Origin: an uncultured Chloroflexia bacterium
Lineage (GTDB): Bacteria; Chloroflexota; Chloroflexia; QHBQ01; JADMIH01
DNA length: 64,000 nt
Assembly: GCA_963797095.1 (NCBI GenBank)
Contig: CAWCNY010000003.1
Location: 640,001-704,000, forward strand
Reading direction: 5' to 3'
The notes under the pieces are model-generated. The model ran no database searches and was not told the DNA's origin. It saw only the letters and a program-made list of their open reading frames with translations. Position numbers and translations under genes: made by a program. Of the stretch, positions 18,774 through 28,118 are shown piece after piece (within the stretch, counting starts at the first letter, position 1; the number at the start of each line of letters is the position of its first letter).

Positions 18774-20513
18774 ATGGATCAAGAGACCGAAACAATAACA
18801 GAAGCGACGCCCCAGGATGCACCTGCTCCCACCAAGCGCCGCAGTCGCACGCAAGCTCCCGATACCCAGGCTCCCCCCGCACCCCGGGAGCCTGAGTCAA
18901 GTCTGAAGGTAGCGCGCGGTCTCTCCTGGGTTCGCTTCATCTATCCTTTCTCTTTCGAGGCCAAAGATTTCGATAGCCACGTCAAGATCATCAATGATGG
19001 CGTGCTTGATGAGACCTCCGAAAGTACAGAAAGCGAGCTGGACAACGGCTGGACTCTGGTGAGTTGGCGCTCGTCCAAAGGCGAGGCCGACGATGTCGGA
19101 GGCGACCTGCTCCCTCACGTCTCCCGCTTCTTAGGTGAGCCACAAGAAGTCTCACACGGCCCGGTGCCACCCAGGACCGCCTACATGTGGGCGCTCAATG
19201 ACAGCCATCTCGAACGCGTCCTGGGTGTGCAGGACGGCGTACGTTGGAGCCTCCGCCTCTGGAAAAAGAACATAAGGTTCGAGGTTGATGAGGTACAGCT
19301 TTCCATGTTCAGGCATGGCCTGGGCTTTCTCACCTTCTCAGCTAAACCAGTCGAGGAGAGTGCCAGGGAGGGTGCGCTGTCAACATGGCTCGATTTCATT
19401 TATGGCATGAGGTATCTCAGGGGTAAACCTTATACCAACGTCGGGGCGATAAAAGATCAGGTCACTGAGAATGGCGAAACACGAGCGCGCAGGTTCCCCG
19501 AGGGTACCGCATCAGCCCTCCCACCGGCCTGGGCCGAAGGTGGCGATATTTTCCTCAAGCTGATCTGCCCTCTCCTCCAGACTGCCACCATCCAGGACCC
19601 AATCTGGTGGGAAGAAGTTTTCGTGCCCGGCCAGCTGATCCCCTACGTTGCCCTCTTCGTAGACCGCAAACCCAAGAACGGCCCTCTGCCCGAGGCCGAG
19701 CTCTTCGACCTCATCTACAGGTTGCGCAACGTGGTCGCCGACCGCCAGCACATCAGCATGAGCGTCCTCGACAGGACCTTCGACCACCCTGACCTTCTCC
19801 CCTACGCCGACTATATGTGGTTCTACTTCTCGCTCGCCGCCGGTGGCTTCCTGGCCTACAACGCCCCCACCACCGGACCCTACCGCTCCACTATGCCCAA
19901 AAGATACTTGAAGGACGAATACTTCCTTGCCTTCCTGCTCACCCTCCAACAGCGGTTCGTGCTGGGCGTGATAACTAATCAGATCGCCGAGCACTGGCTT
20001 CCAAGTGGAGACGCCGACCGCGCAGACCACAAAGGCTGGAGAAAACAGCTAAGTCGATTAAGCAATATAGACGACCGTCGCAGCACCCAGTTCGACGACC
20101 TACTCGAAGGGTTTCTGATGTTCTCCGCCAGGGGCCACTTCGCTCAACTGATGCAGGGTGAGCATCACCAGCTCTACTACAAGAAGTGGCAGGATAAGTT
20201 CCAGATCAAAGAGCTATTCGAGGAGGTCAAGAACGAACTGGAGGGCATGCACAACTACCTGGAAATGGTGGTACAGGAGCGCGTCGATTTCGTGCTCCAC
20301 GTGCTAACCGCCCTATCCATCATCCTCGGAGTGATAGGCACTATAGCGGGTTGGTGGGCACTCAACCTCGACAACATCTCCACCACTCTCGCCAAGTGGG
20401 GCTGGCCGAACTGGATAGTATGGTTCTCCTTCCTGCTGATCGTGCCTCTGCTCGCACTTGGTATCTTTTTCTTCTCCCGAATGGGTTGGTTCGCCCCGCG
20501 CCGCCGCAAATAA
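18774..20513 (+). CDS. CorA-like membrane protein with large soluble N-domain and 2 C-terminal TM helices
   Basis: FIYPF, LLPHVSRFL, LSMFRHGLGFL, LTLQQRFVL, long helix IKELFEEVKNEL, then TM-WALNL-TM-RRRK; canonical GMN motif absent. Confidence 0.6.
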   Translation: MDQETETITEATPQDAPAPTKRRSRTQAPDTQAPPAPREPESSLKVARGLSWVRFIYPFSFEAKDFDSHVKIINDGVLDETSESTESELDNGWTLVSWRSSKGEADDVGGDLLPHVSRFLGEPQEVSHGPVPPRTAYMWALNDSHLERVLGVQDGVRWSLRLWKKNIRFEVDEVQLSMFRHGLGFLTFSAKPVEESAREGALSTWLDFIYGMRYLRGKPYTNVGAIKDQVTENGETRARRFPEGTASALPPAWAEGGDIFLKLICPLLQTATIQDPIWWEEVFVPGQLIPYVALFVDRKPKNGPLPEAELFDLIYRLRNVVADRQHISMSVLDRTFDHPDLLPYADYMWFYFSLAAGGFLAYNAPTTGPYRSTMPKRYLKDEYFLAFLLTLQQRFVLGVITNQIAEHWLPSGDADRADHKGWRKQLSRLSNIDDRRSTQFDDLLEGFLMFSARGHFAQLMQGEHHQLYYKKWQDKFQIKELFEEVKNELEGMHNYLEMVVQERVDFVLHVLTALSIILGVIGTIAGWWALNLDNISTTLAKWGWPNWIVWFSFLLIVPLLALGIFFFSRMGWFAPRRRK

Positions 20514-20566
20514 TCCGCTCCTACCCTTTCCGTTCTTTCCGAATATCTTGAAGAAGCACACATAAC

Positions 20567-21694
20567 ATGACCACCACCCAACCTAAACCACGCGCCCGCG
20601 ACCTCGGCGTCCCTTTGGAGGGCACGCCCGGCCCCCTCAACGCTATCACAGACGTGCCCGGCGTCGAAGTCGGCCATACCACCCTCATCAGCGGAGATGG
20701 CCCTCTGCAAGTTGGCACAGGCCCCATCCGCACAGGTGTCACCGCCATCCTGCCGCGAGGCAAACAGTCCGCCGATCCGGTCTTCGCGGGCTGGTTCTCC
20801 CTCAACGGCAACGGCGAAATGACAGGCACTACCTGGGTGGAAGAATCGGGCTTCCTCGAAGGTCCCGTCACGATCACCAACACCCACAGCGTCGGCATCG
20901 TGCGCGACGCCGTGATCGCCTGGAAGATCAAGTCTCTCCAGGTCTCCGTCCTCAACTCGTTCGGCGACGATTTCTGGTCCCTCCCGGTGGTCGCCGAGAC
21001 CTACGACGGCTTTCTCAACGACATCAACGGGTTCCACGTAAAACAGGAGCACGTATTCGCTGCCCTCGACAATGCCCAACCCGGCCCCGTCCCCGAAGGC
21101 AACGTGGGTGGCGGCACAGGCATGATCTGCTATGGCTTCAAAGGAGGCATAGGCACATCCTCCCGCGTCTTGCCTCCCGATTCGGGAGGCTACACCCTGG
21201 GCGTCCTGGCCCAGTGCAACTTCGGGCGCAGACCCCACCTCACCATTGCAGGCGCTCCAGTCGGCAAAGAGATCCCCGGCGACCTCCCCGGCCCTGCCGA
21301 ACAGAGTGCGGCCTCAGGCGATGCAGGCTCCGTGATCGTCGTGCTAGCCACCGATGCCCCAATCTTACCACACCAGCTAAAACGCCTGGCCCGCCGCGTG
21401 AGCATGGGCCTGGCCCGCACCGGCAGCGTGGCCGCCAATAGCTCCGGCGACATCTTCATCGCCTTCTCCACCGCCAACCCTGGCGCCACAAATACCCCTA
21501 TAACCCACCTCGAAATGCTCGACAACAACTCTATGACCTCTCTCTTCGACACCACTATCCAGGCCACCGAAGAAGCCGTAATCAACGCCCTGGTCGCCGC
21601 CCAAACGATGACAGGCCGCGACAACCACCGCGTGGTCGCCCTCCCGCACGACAGATTGCAGGAAGTATTGAGAAGATACAACAGGCTCCCCTGA
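20567..21694 (+). CDS. dmpA: P1/S58-family aminopeptidase (DmpA-like)
   Basis: NAITDVPGVEVGH, NGNGEMTG, GNVGGGTGM, FKGGIGTSSR, G/SVIVV autoprocessing site, SGDI. Confidence 0.92.
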   Translation: MTTTQPKPRARDLGVPLEGTPGPLNAITDVPGVEVGHTTLISGDGPLQVGTGPIRTGVTAILPRGKQSADPVFAGWFSLNGNGEMTGTTWVEESGFLEGPVTITNTHSVGIVRDAVIAWKIKSLQVSVLNSFGDDFWSLPVVAETYDGFLNDINGFHVKQEHVFAALDNAQPGPVPEGNVGGGTGMICYGFKGGIGTSSRVLPPDSGGYTLGVLAQCNFGRRPHLTIAGAPVGKEIPGDLPGPAEQSAASGDAGSVIVVLATDAPILPHQLKRLARRVSMGLARTGSVAANSSGDIFIAFSTANPGATNTPITHLEMLDNNSMTSLFDTTIQATEEAVINALVAAQTMTGRDNHRVVALPHDRLQEVLRRYNRLP

Positions 21695-21695
21695 T

Positions 21696-24149
21696 ATGGC
21701 AGCACCAACCGGCACACAAACCCACGTCTTCGGCATACGCCACCACGGCCCAGGCTCGGCCCGCAGCCTCCTGCGCGCCCTCAACGAGCTACAGCCTGAC
21801 TGCCTACTCGTCGAAGGCCCGCCCGACGCCGAGTCTGTCCTCTCCCTGGCCGCCCACCCCCAGATGAAGCCCCCCGTGGCCCTCCTGATCTACCGCCCCG
21901 ACGAGCCGCGCCAGGCCGCCTACTATCCCTTCGCCATCTTCTCCCCCGAATGGCAGGCCATCACCTACGCCCTCCAATACAAAATCCCCCTCCGCTTCAT
22001 GGACCTCCCCCAATCCACAAGGCTCGCGATAACAGGCGAAGAACAACCAACCAACGCCGAATCCAACTCCAAAGAGAGTCAAAACACAGAAGACGAACCC
22101 ACCGACCAGCAATCCGCAATCCAAAATCCAAAATCCGCAATCCGAACTGACCCACTGGGTTGGATTGCCCAGGCCGCAGGCTTCAGCGACGGCGAGCGCT
22201 GGTGGGAGCACATGGTCGAGCACCGACGCGACGGCACCAACCTCTTCACAGCCATCCTCGAAATGATGACAGCCCTTCGACAAGCCGCTGACGAGGACGA
22301 ACGACCACCGACCAATGACCAAAGCAATAACCAACAACCAAAGACTGATAATTCCGCACTCCGCACTCCGCACTCCGCACTGGAAGCGCAGCGCGAGGCC
22401 TTCATGCGCACCACCGTCCGGCGCGCCCAATCCGAGGGTTTGCAGCGCATCGCCGTCGTGTGCGGCGCATGGCACGCCCCTGTCCTCGCCAGCATGCCCC
22501 ACACCGAGCACGAGGACGCCGCCACCCTCAAGGGCCTCCCCACAACCAGAGTCCAGGCCACCTGGGTCCCCTGGACACATGGTCGCCTCTCCTACTACAC
22601 AGGCTACGGCGCAGGCATCGAATCCCCAGGGTGGTACCACCACCTCTGGTCCACAGCCGACTCCCCCGCCGAGGATGTCACCATCCGGTGGCTCTCCCGC
22701 GTCGCCTCCCTCCTGCGCGAGCAAGACCTCGACGCCTCCACCGCCCATGTGATCGAATCTGTGCGCCTCGCCGAAGGCCTCGCCACCCTGCGCGAGCGCC
22801 CCCTCCCCGGCCTCCCCGAACTGAACGAGGCTACCCTCTCCGTCCTCCTCTCCGGCGACAACCTCCCCATGCGCCTGATCCACGACAAACTCATAGTCGG
22901 CGAGACACTTGGCGAGGTGCCCGACGACACTCCGTCCGTACCTCTCCAGGGCGACCTCCAGCGCGAGCAGCGCCGCCTCCGTCTTCCGCCCGAAGCCTCC
23001 GCCCGCACCCTCGATCTGGACCTCCGCAACACCACCGGCCTCGCCCGCAGCCACCTGCTCCATCGTCTAGCCATCCTCGAAGTGCCCTGGGGGCAGCTTC
23101 AGCGCACCTCAGGCCGCACCAAAGGCACCTTCCACGAGCTATGGCAGCTACAGTGGCAGCCTGAGCTTGCAGTCTCCCTCATAGAAGCGGGCATCTGGGG
23201 CAACTCCATCCTCGACGCCTCCACCAGCCGCGTCAACCACGACGCGGCCGAGGCCACCGATCTCCCCACCCTCACCTCGCTGGCCGACCGCGCTCTCCTG
23301 GCCGACCTCCCCGCCGCCGTCGGCCCCATTATGGACCGCGTCCAGGCCGAGGCCGCCGTCTCCACCCACATTAACCACCTGATGGACGCCCTCCCACCTC
23401 TCGCCAACATCGTCCGCTACGGCAACGTGCGCGGCACCGATGCAGGCATGGTCTCGCACGTAACAGATGGCCTCGTTACCCGCATCACCATCGGCCTCCC
23501 CGGTGCCTGCTCCTCCCTCAACGACGATGCCGCCGAAGAGATGTATAACCGCCTCCTCTCCGTACACAGCGCCATCACCCTGCTCTCCAACAACGACTAC
23601 ACAAGAAGCTGGCACAACGCCCTCTCCAAACTTTCCGATCAGGCAGGCGTGCATGGCCTCGTCTCAGGCCGCGCCACCCGCATCCTGATGGACTCCACCG
23701 TCTTCACCCCCGAAGAATCGGCCCGCCGCATGGGCCTCGCCCTCTCCCGCGCCGCCAATCCGCCCGCCGCTGCCGCCTGGGTCGAAGGCTTCCTCAAAGG
23801 CAGCGGCATGGCCCTCCTCCACGACGACACTCTCTGGAACGTGCTCGACACCTGGGTCACCACCCTCAACTCCGAAACCTTCACCGCCCTCCTGCCCCTC
23901 CTGCGCCGCACCTTCTCAACCTTCCCAGCCCCCGAACGCCGCCAGATGGGCCAGCGCGCCGCCCGTGGCCTCTCCGCCACCCGTTCCACTCAACCCACCC
24001 AATCTACATCTCCCAACTTCGACAAAGAAAGAGCAGAGGCCATACTGCCCCTGCTCTCCCAACTCCTCGGCCTCACTTCAACACAGCAACCACCGGAAGA
24101 ACACGAAGACACGAAGAAACGAGATAGACATGAAGCCAAACCAAATTAG
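21696..24149 (+). CDS. DUF5682-family protein (YehM-like)
   Basis: FGIRHHGPGSARS, LVEGPPDA, FSPEWQA, VCGAWHAP, GYGAG..SPGWY, LPLLRRTFS. Confidence 0.92.
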   Translation: MAAPTGTQTHVFGIRHHGPGSARSLLRALNELQPDCLLVEGPPDAESVLSLAAHPQMKPPVALLIYRPDEPRQAAYYPFAIFSPEWQAITYALQYKIPLRFMDLPQSTRLAITGEEQPTNAESNSKESQNTEDEPTDQQSAIQNPKSAIRTDPLGWIAQAAGFSDGERWWEHMVEHRRDGTNLFTAILEMMTALRQAADEDERPPTNDQSNNQQPKTDNSALRTPHSALEAQREAFMRTTVRRAQSEGLQRIAVVCGAWHAPVLASMPHTEHEDAATLKGLPTTRVQATWVPWTHGRLSYYTGYGAGIESPGWYHHLWSTADSPAEDVTIRWLSRVASLLREQDLDASTAHVIESVRLAEGLATLRERPLPGLPELNEATLSVLLSGDNLPMRLIHDKLIVGETLGEVPDDTPSVPLQGDLQREQRRLRLPPEASARTLDLDLRNTTGLARSHLLHRLAILEVPWGQLQRTSGRTKGTFHELWQLQWQPELAVSLIEAGIWGNSILDASTSRVNHDAAEATDLPTLTSLADRALLADLPAAVGPIMDRVQAEAAVSTHINHLMDALPPLANIVRYGNVRGTDAGMVSHVTDGLVTRITIGLPGACSSLNDDAAEEMYNRLLSVHSAITLLSNNDYTRSWHNALSKLSDQAGVHGLVSGRATRILMDSTVFTPEESARRMGLALSRAANPPAAAAWVEGFLKGSGMALLHDDTLWNVLDTWVTTLNSETFTALLPLLRRTFSTFPAPERRQMGQRAARGLSATRSTQPTQSTSPNFDKERAEAILPLLSQLLGLTSTQQPPEEHEDTKKRDRHEAKPN
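22111..22381. repeat. In-frame 7-mer arrays inside DUF5682
   Basis: (AATCCRM)x5 at 22111-22145; GACCAAN-like and (ACTCCGC)x3-4 arrays at 22296-22381. Confidence 0.9.
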
Positions 24150-24317
24150 CCCGATCCAATACCAGGTACTTACAGCGCCTGTACACCGAAATTTACCTGC
24201 AAATTAACATCGAGGAAGTATGCTAAGGTCGGTCTTTCTCGCCACAAATATTGACCTCCTTCCAACAACTTGACACGGCGAAGACCATGCAAATCCACAC
24301 TGAAAAGGAGGAACAGC

Positions 24318-25271
24318 ATGAAAACCACATGCCTTATGCATACACGACCCACCAGCCTTATCTGCTTCCTTGTGAGTATCGCCATCCTTATGCTGGCATT
24401 TATACCCACGGCACCTGCCCAGGCAGCTACCAAAAAGCAGGTAAACTACAACGGCGTCACCTTCAGCTACGACACATCGCTTGCCGGAAGCGTGACCGCC
24501 GAAACTGTGCCTGAGCAAATCGCCGACCCCAACACCTCAGGCTGGTGGGAATCCCATCCCGAATACATCAAATTCACCTTCAGCGGCTTTCCCACCAGCA
24601 ACCGTTACTGGGAGCCGGCAGTCTATGTCTTCCCGATCAAGAGCAGCTACCAATATCTGAACCCAGGCCAGGATCACGACCTTTGGCGAGGCATGATGGA
24701 CTCTACTCAAACGATTGTTTCCCAGAAGCATAAGCTCGACCCCTACGGCTACGCAACCGTATCCAGCCCCATCGAACAGGTACCGTTTCTGCCTCTCATA
24801 AACGCAGCTACTCCGTTCGTCGGGGGGCAGCAGTTCCTTAGCTTCCAGAACGGCACAGGCTTCCGTTGCTTCACAGCAATCGGCCAGGAGTATGAACCGG
24901 TAACCGCCGAGTACACGATCTACACCTACCAGGGCACTTCCACCGACGGCAAATACTACGTGGCGGCCACTTTCCCGGCCTTTCTATCCAACCCACCACT
25001 CCCGTTCGATCCGGCATCACCGCCTGATGTAGTAGCTTATAACAGGGTCACAATCCAAGCCATCGAAGAATCGAGCAGCAGCCAGTTCACCCCCGACCTC
25101 AACAAACTGGATTCCGTAATAGCTTCGCTGACAACCCCAGCATCCGGCCCCAGCACACCGGGTATGCCCATCACAGGCAACCCCGACAACCCGCTGCCAA
25201 CCCTCGCCCTCCTGACCGCGCTCCTTACACTAACAGCAGGTATCCTGCTCCGAAAGACCAAACAAACATAA
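24318..25271 (+). CDS. Secreted protein with sortase-type C-terminal anchor
   Basis: AAGGAGG RBS; signal peptide ending PAQA; C-terminus PGMPITG + hydrophobic stretch + RKTK. Confidence 0.85.
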   Translation: MKTTCLMHTRPTSLICFLVSIAILMLAFIPTAPAQAATKKQVNYNGVTFSYDTSLAGSVTAETVPEQIADPNTSGWWESHPEYIKFTFSGFPTSNRYWEPAVYVFPIKSSYQYLNPGQDHDLWRGMMDSTQTIVSQKHKLDPYGYATVSSPIEQVPFLPLINAATPFVGGQQFLSFQNGTGFRCFTAIGQEYEPVTAEYTIYTYQGTSTDGKYYVAATFPAFLSNPPLPFDPASPPDVVAYNRVTIQAIEESSSSQFTPDLNKLDSVIASLTTPASGPSTPGMPITGNPDNPLPTLALLTALLTLTAGILLRKTKQT

Positions 25272-25329
25272 CCCTTCGTGCCCTTCGTACTCCTTCGCTT
25301 CTTCGTGTACAAGAACCAAAACACCAACC

Positions 25330-26514
25330 ATGACCACACCCCAATCCAACGAAAAACTCCGCAGATGGCGCTTGATCCTCGGAGGCGACCAGGCCGACGG
25401 CACGGGCATCTCCCTTTCAGGTCCCGATATCCGCATAGACAACGCCCTCTCCGCCCTCTACGGTGGCGACGATGGCACAGGCGACAGCAGCGGCAAGGGC
25501 GGGCGCACCGGCGGTCTCGGGTCGTCCGCCCCCGGCGTCTCGCGCTGGCTAGGCGACATCCGCACCTACTTCCCAACCTCTGTGGTGCGTGTCATGCAAA
25601 AAGACGCCTTAGAACGCCTCGATCTCAAGCGGATGCTCCTCGAACCCGAAATGCTCGAATCGGTCGAGCCGGATGTGAACCTCGTCGCCACCCTCATCTC
25701 ACTCAAGAGCATCATCCCCGCCAAAACCAAAGACACCGCCCGCCTGGTGGTGCGCAAAGTAGTCGAAGAACTCGAGCGCCGCCTGGCAAACAACACCCGC
25801 CAGGCCATCATAGGCAGCCTCAACCGAGCACAGCGCAACCGCAATCCCCGCCATAACGAAATCGACTGGAACCGCACCATCCGAGCCAACCTGCGCAACT
25901 ACCAGCCCCGCTACCGCACCATCATCCCCGAAGTACGCTGGGGCTGGGGCCGCAAGTCTCGCTCCCAGTTGCGCGAGATCATCCTCTGCGTCGACCAGTC
26001 AGGCTCTATGGCTTCCTCGGTCGTCTACTCCAGCATCTTCGCCGCTGTCCTCGCCTCCATCCAGGCAGTTCGCACCTCCCTGGTCGTCTTCGACACCGCC
26101 GTGGTAGATCTCACCCCCGATCTACAGGACCCCGTAGACGTCCTTTTCGGCACCCAGCTGGGCGGCGGCACCGACATAAACCAGGCGCTCGCCTACTGCC
26201 AGTCCCTCATCCGCCAGCCTAACGACACCATCCTGGTTCTGATCAGCGACCTCTACGAAGGCGGCAACCGCCAGGAGATGATCAAGCGCGCCGCCTCCCT
26301 CGCAGGCTCCGGCGTGCAAATGATCTCCCTCCTCGCCCTCAGCGACGAAGGCTCACCCTCCTACGACAACAGCGTATCCTCGGCCTTCGCCGAACTTGGG
26401 ATCCCCGCCTTCGCCTGCACCCCCGACCTCTTTCCCGATCTCATGGCCGCCGCCATCAATCACCAGGACATCACCCAGTGGGCCGCTGCACGCGAGGTGG
26501 TCGTGCGCAAATAG
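25330..26514 (+). CDS. VWA-domain protein (YehP/CoxE-like)
   Basis: RRWRLILG, CVDQSGSM MIDAS, LGGGTDI, LISDLYEGG. Confidence 0.93.
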   Translation: MTTPQSNEKLRRWRLILGGDQADGTGISLSGPDIRIDNALSALYGGDDGTGDSSGKGGRTGGLGSSAPGVSRWLGDIRTYFPTSVVRVMQKDALERLDLKRMLLEPEMLESVEPDVNLVATLISLKSIIPAKTKDTARLVVRKVVEELERRLANNTRQAIIGSLNRAQRNRNPRHNEIDWNRTIRANLRNYQPRYRTIIPEVRWGWGRKSRSQLREIILCVDQSGSMASSVVYSSIFAAVLASIQAVRTSLVVFDTAVVDLTPDLQDPVDVLFGTQLGGGTDINQALAYCQSLIRQPNDTILVLISDLYEGGNRQEMIKRAASLAGSGVQMISLLALSDEGSPSYDNSVSSAFAELGIPAFACTPDLFPDLMAAAINHQDITQWAAAREVVVRK

Positions 26515-26545
26515 CCGCTCCGCGTGCGGCGATCCATATCGGCGA

Positions 26546-26911
26546 TCAAGCCTTCTCTTTCGCAGCCTCGCTCCTGTACCACGCAACCAGGGCGGCTCGG
26601 CTTATACACACAATCTGGTGCCCTATCCGCTTCGCCTTCAGTTCCCCACGCCAGATGGCATGCATAATAACCTCAAGGCTGGTGCCGAGCATCAGCGCCA
26701 CCTCTTCCGGCGTGTACTCCTCTTTCAACAGGTCCACGTGTGCGTGGTCGTGCGCGTGATGGTGCTCGTGGACCTCCAGGCGCACCCGTTCTACTGCCTC
26801 GTCGGTCGTCTTGAACACCGGGCCGTGGGTGGCCTCCATGTCGCTCCTTGTCAATTCGGCAGGTGCCAGCCCATAGATCTCCATGAGCGCATCATGATTC
26901 TTTGCAGACAT
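26546..26911 (-). CDS. Excisionase-type (HTH_17) DNA-binding protein with His-rich linker
   Basis: YTPEEVALMLG...AIWRGELKAKRIG..ISRAALVAW; HEHHHAHDHAH. Confidence 0.75.
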   Translation of the reverse strand: MSAKNHDALMEIYGLAPAELTRSDMEATHGPVFKTTDEAVERVRLEVHEHHHAHDHAHVDLLKEEYTPEEVALMLGTSLEVIMHAIWRGELKAKRIGHQIVCISRAALVAWYRSEAAKEKA

Positions 26912-26932
26912 GGCGTTACCCTCCCTTTCACC

Positions 26933-27799
26933 TTAGCCCGCCGACAATATATCTCTTACCCGTATGTACGGCGGGACATAATGCTCGGACAACGAGCTTC
27001 GCACCAGGGGGTCTCCTAGCTTCTCAGCCGCCAGCGCGGCGAATTCCGCCCCCCGCTTCAGCGCATTCGAATCGAAGAAGTCCCACCCAAGCGCCACAAG
27101 TTGGCCCTCGTTTGACCTGATAAACTTCGGAAGCACGAACCGCTCGTAACAGTTGCCCCCTCCCACTTCATAAACCACCGACTTCGCGTATGGGTCAACC
27201 AGGTCGTGCGTATCCGTCCTGTATATTTCCGCAGCCGAATAGGGGTGCCCGGCAACCAGCACCGTCGGCGCGATATGGTGCAGTCTGTTCGTGATAGCCG
27301 CCATGAAATCGTGCACATCGAACAGGATGTTGCGGTCCTCGATCGCTTGCAGCCCCCGATGCGCTACATGACCGCTCCGCAATACAGACATCATCCTCCC
27401 TACATAGCCATCGTACCCGTGCGCGGCATCTAACCCTTTCAGGTAAATGGCGGCTTGCCGGGCCACATCGTTGGCAATTTCCTCAGGGGTAAGCCCCGTG
27501 CCAACATAATACGGAGCATACATCGCGAACCCCGCAGGCACCGCCCCGGCACGCTCGTCCTGTGGCGTAGGGAGCTTGAAAACAGGATTGTCGATGCTGG
27601 TTGTGAACGCCGCCGCTAACCCTGCGGTCAGATAGCCAGGCTCAACCTCCGACGGAAGCGCCAGGCTAATCACATCGCTGAATGGAACCACCCGCTCAAA
27701 CTCCTCGGTAGGATACAGCTTGCTGTTAGTTCCTTGCGGCCTCACTTGCTCCTGAAAGCCGGTATCCTTCGCCTCTTCTTCCAAAGCTGATGCACACAT
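26933..27799 (-). CDS. Hypothetical protein (no family recognised)
   Basis: 288-codon ORF with GGAAGGG RBS, protein-like composition, fills the gap between neighbours. Confidence 0.65.
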   Translation of the reverse strand: MCASALEEEAKDTGFQEQVRPQGTNSKLYPTEEFERVVPFSDVISLALPSEVEPGYLTAGLAAAFTTSIDNPVFKLPTPQDERAGAVPAGFAMYAPYYVGTGLTPEEIANDVARQAAIYLKGLDAAHGYDGYVGRMMSVLRSGHVAHRGLQAIEDRNILFDVHDFMAAITNRLHHIAPTVLVAGHPYSAAEIYRTDTHDLVDPYAKSVVYEVGGGNCYERFVLPKFIRSNEGQLVALGWDFFDSNALKRGAEFAALAAEKLGDPLVRSSLSEHYVPPYIRVRDILSAG

Positions 27800-28118
27800 A
27801 ATTGCTACTTCCCTTCCGATTTTCGCTCTGTAGGAAGCTCCGCATTCTGGCTCTGTCCTTCGAAACAAATGACCTGCTACCTCCAGTGCGGATCCCCTCG
27901 ATCCTACTGTAGCACCGCCAGGTAGAAGAACTGGCAAACATAGGTTGCAATCCAGTAACAGATCGCAACCAATCCAATCCTGCGCTATTCACATCTCCGA
28001 GATCATCTCTCGTCCGCCGGTATTTACCTCTCTTTCACCTGCGTATACCCCCATTCATCACCTCAATGCTCTATCCTATTAGTTGGAAAACACCCACGAA
28101 TTCACCAAGGAGAATCAG

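Noticed and set aside
26546-26911. Excisionase-like gene as evidence of a prophage or ICE
   Set aside because: No integrase, att site or phage genes nearby
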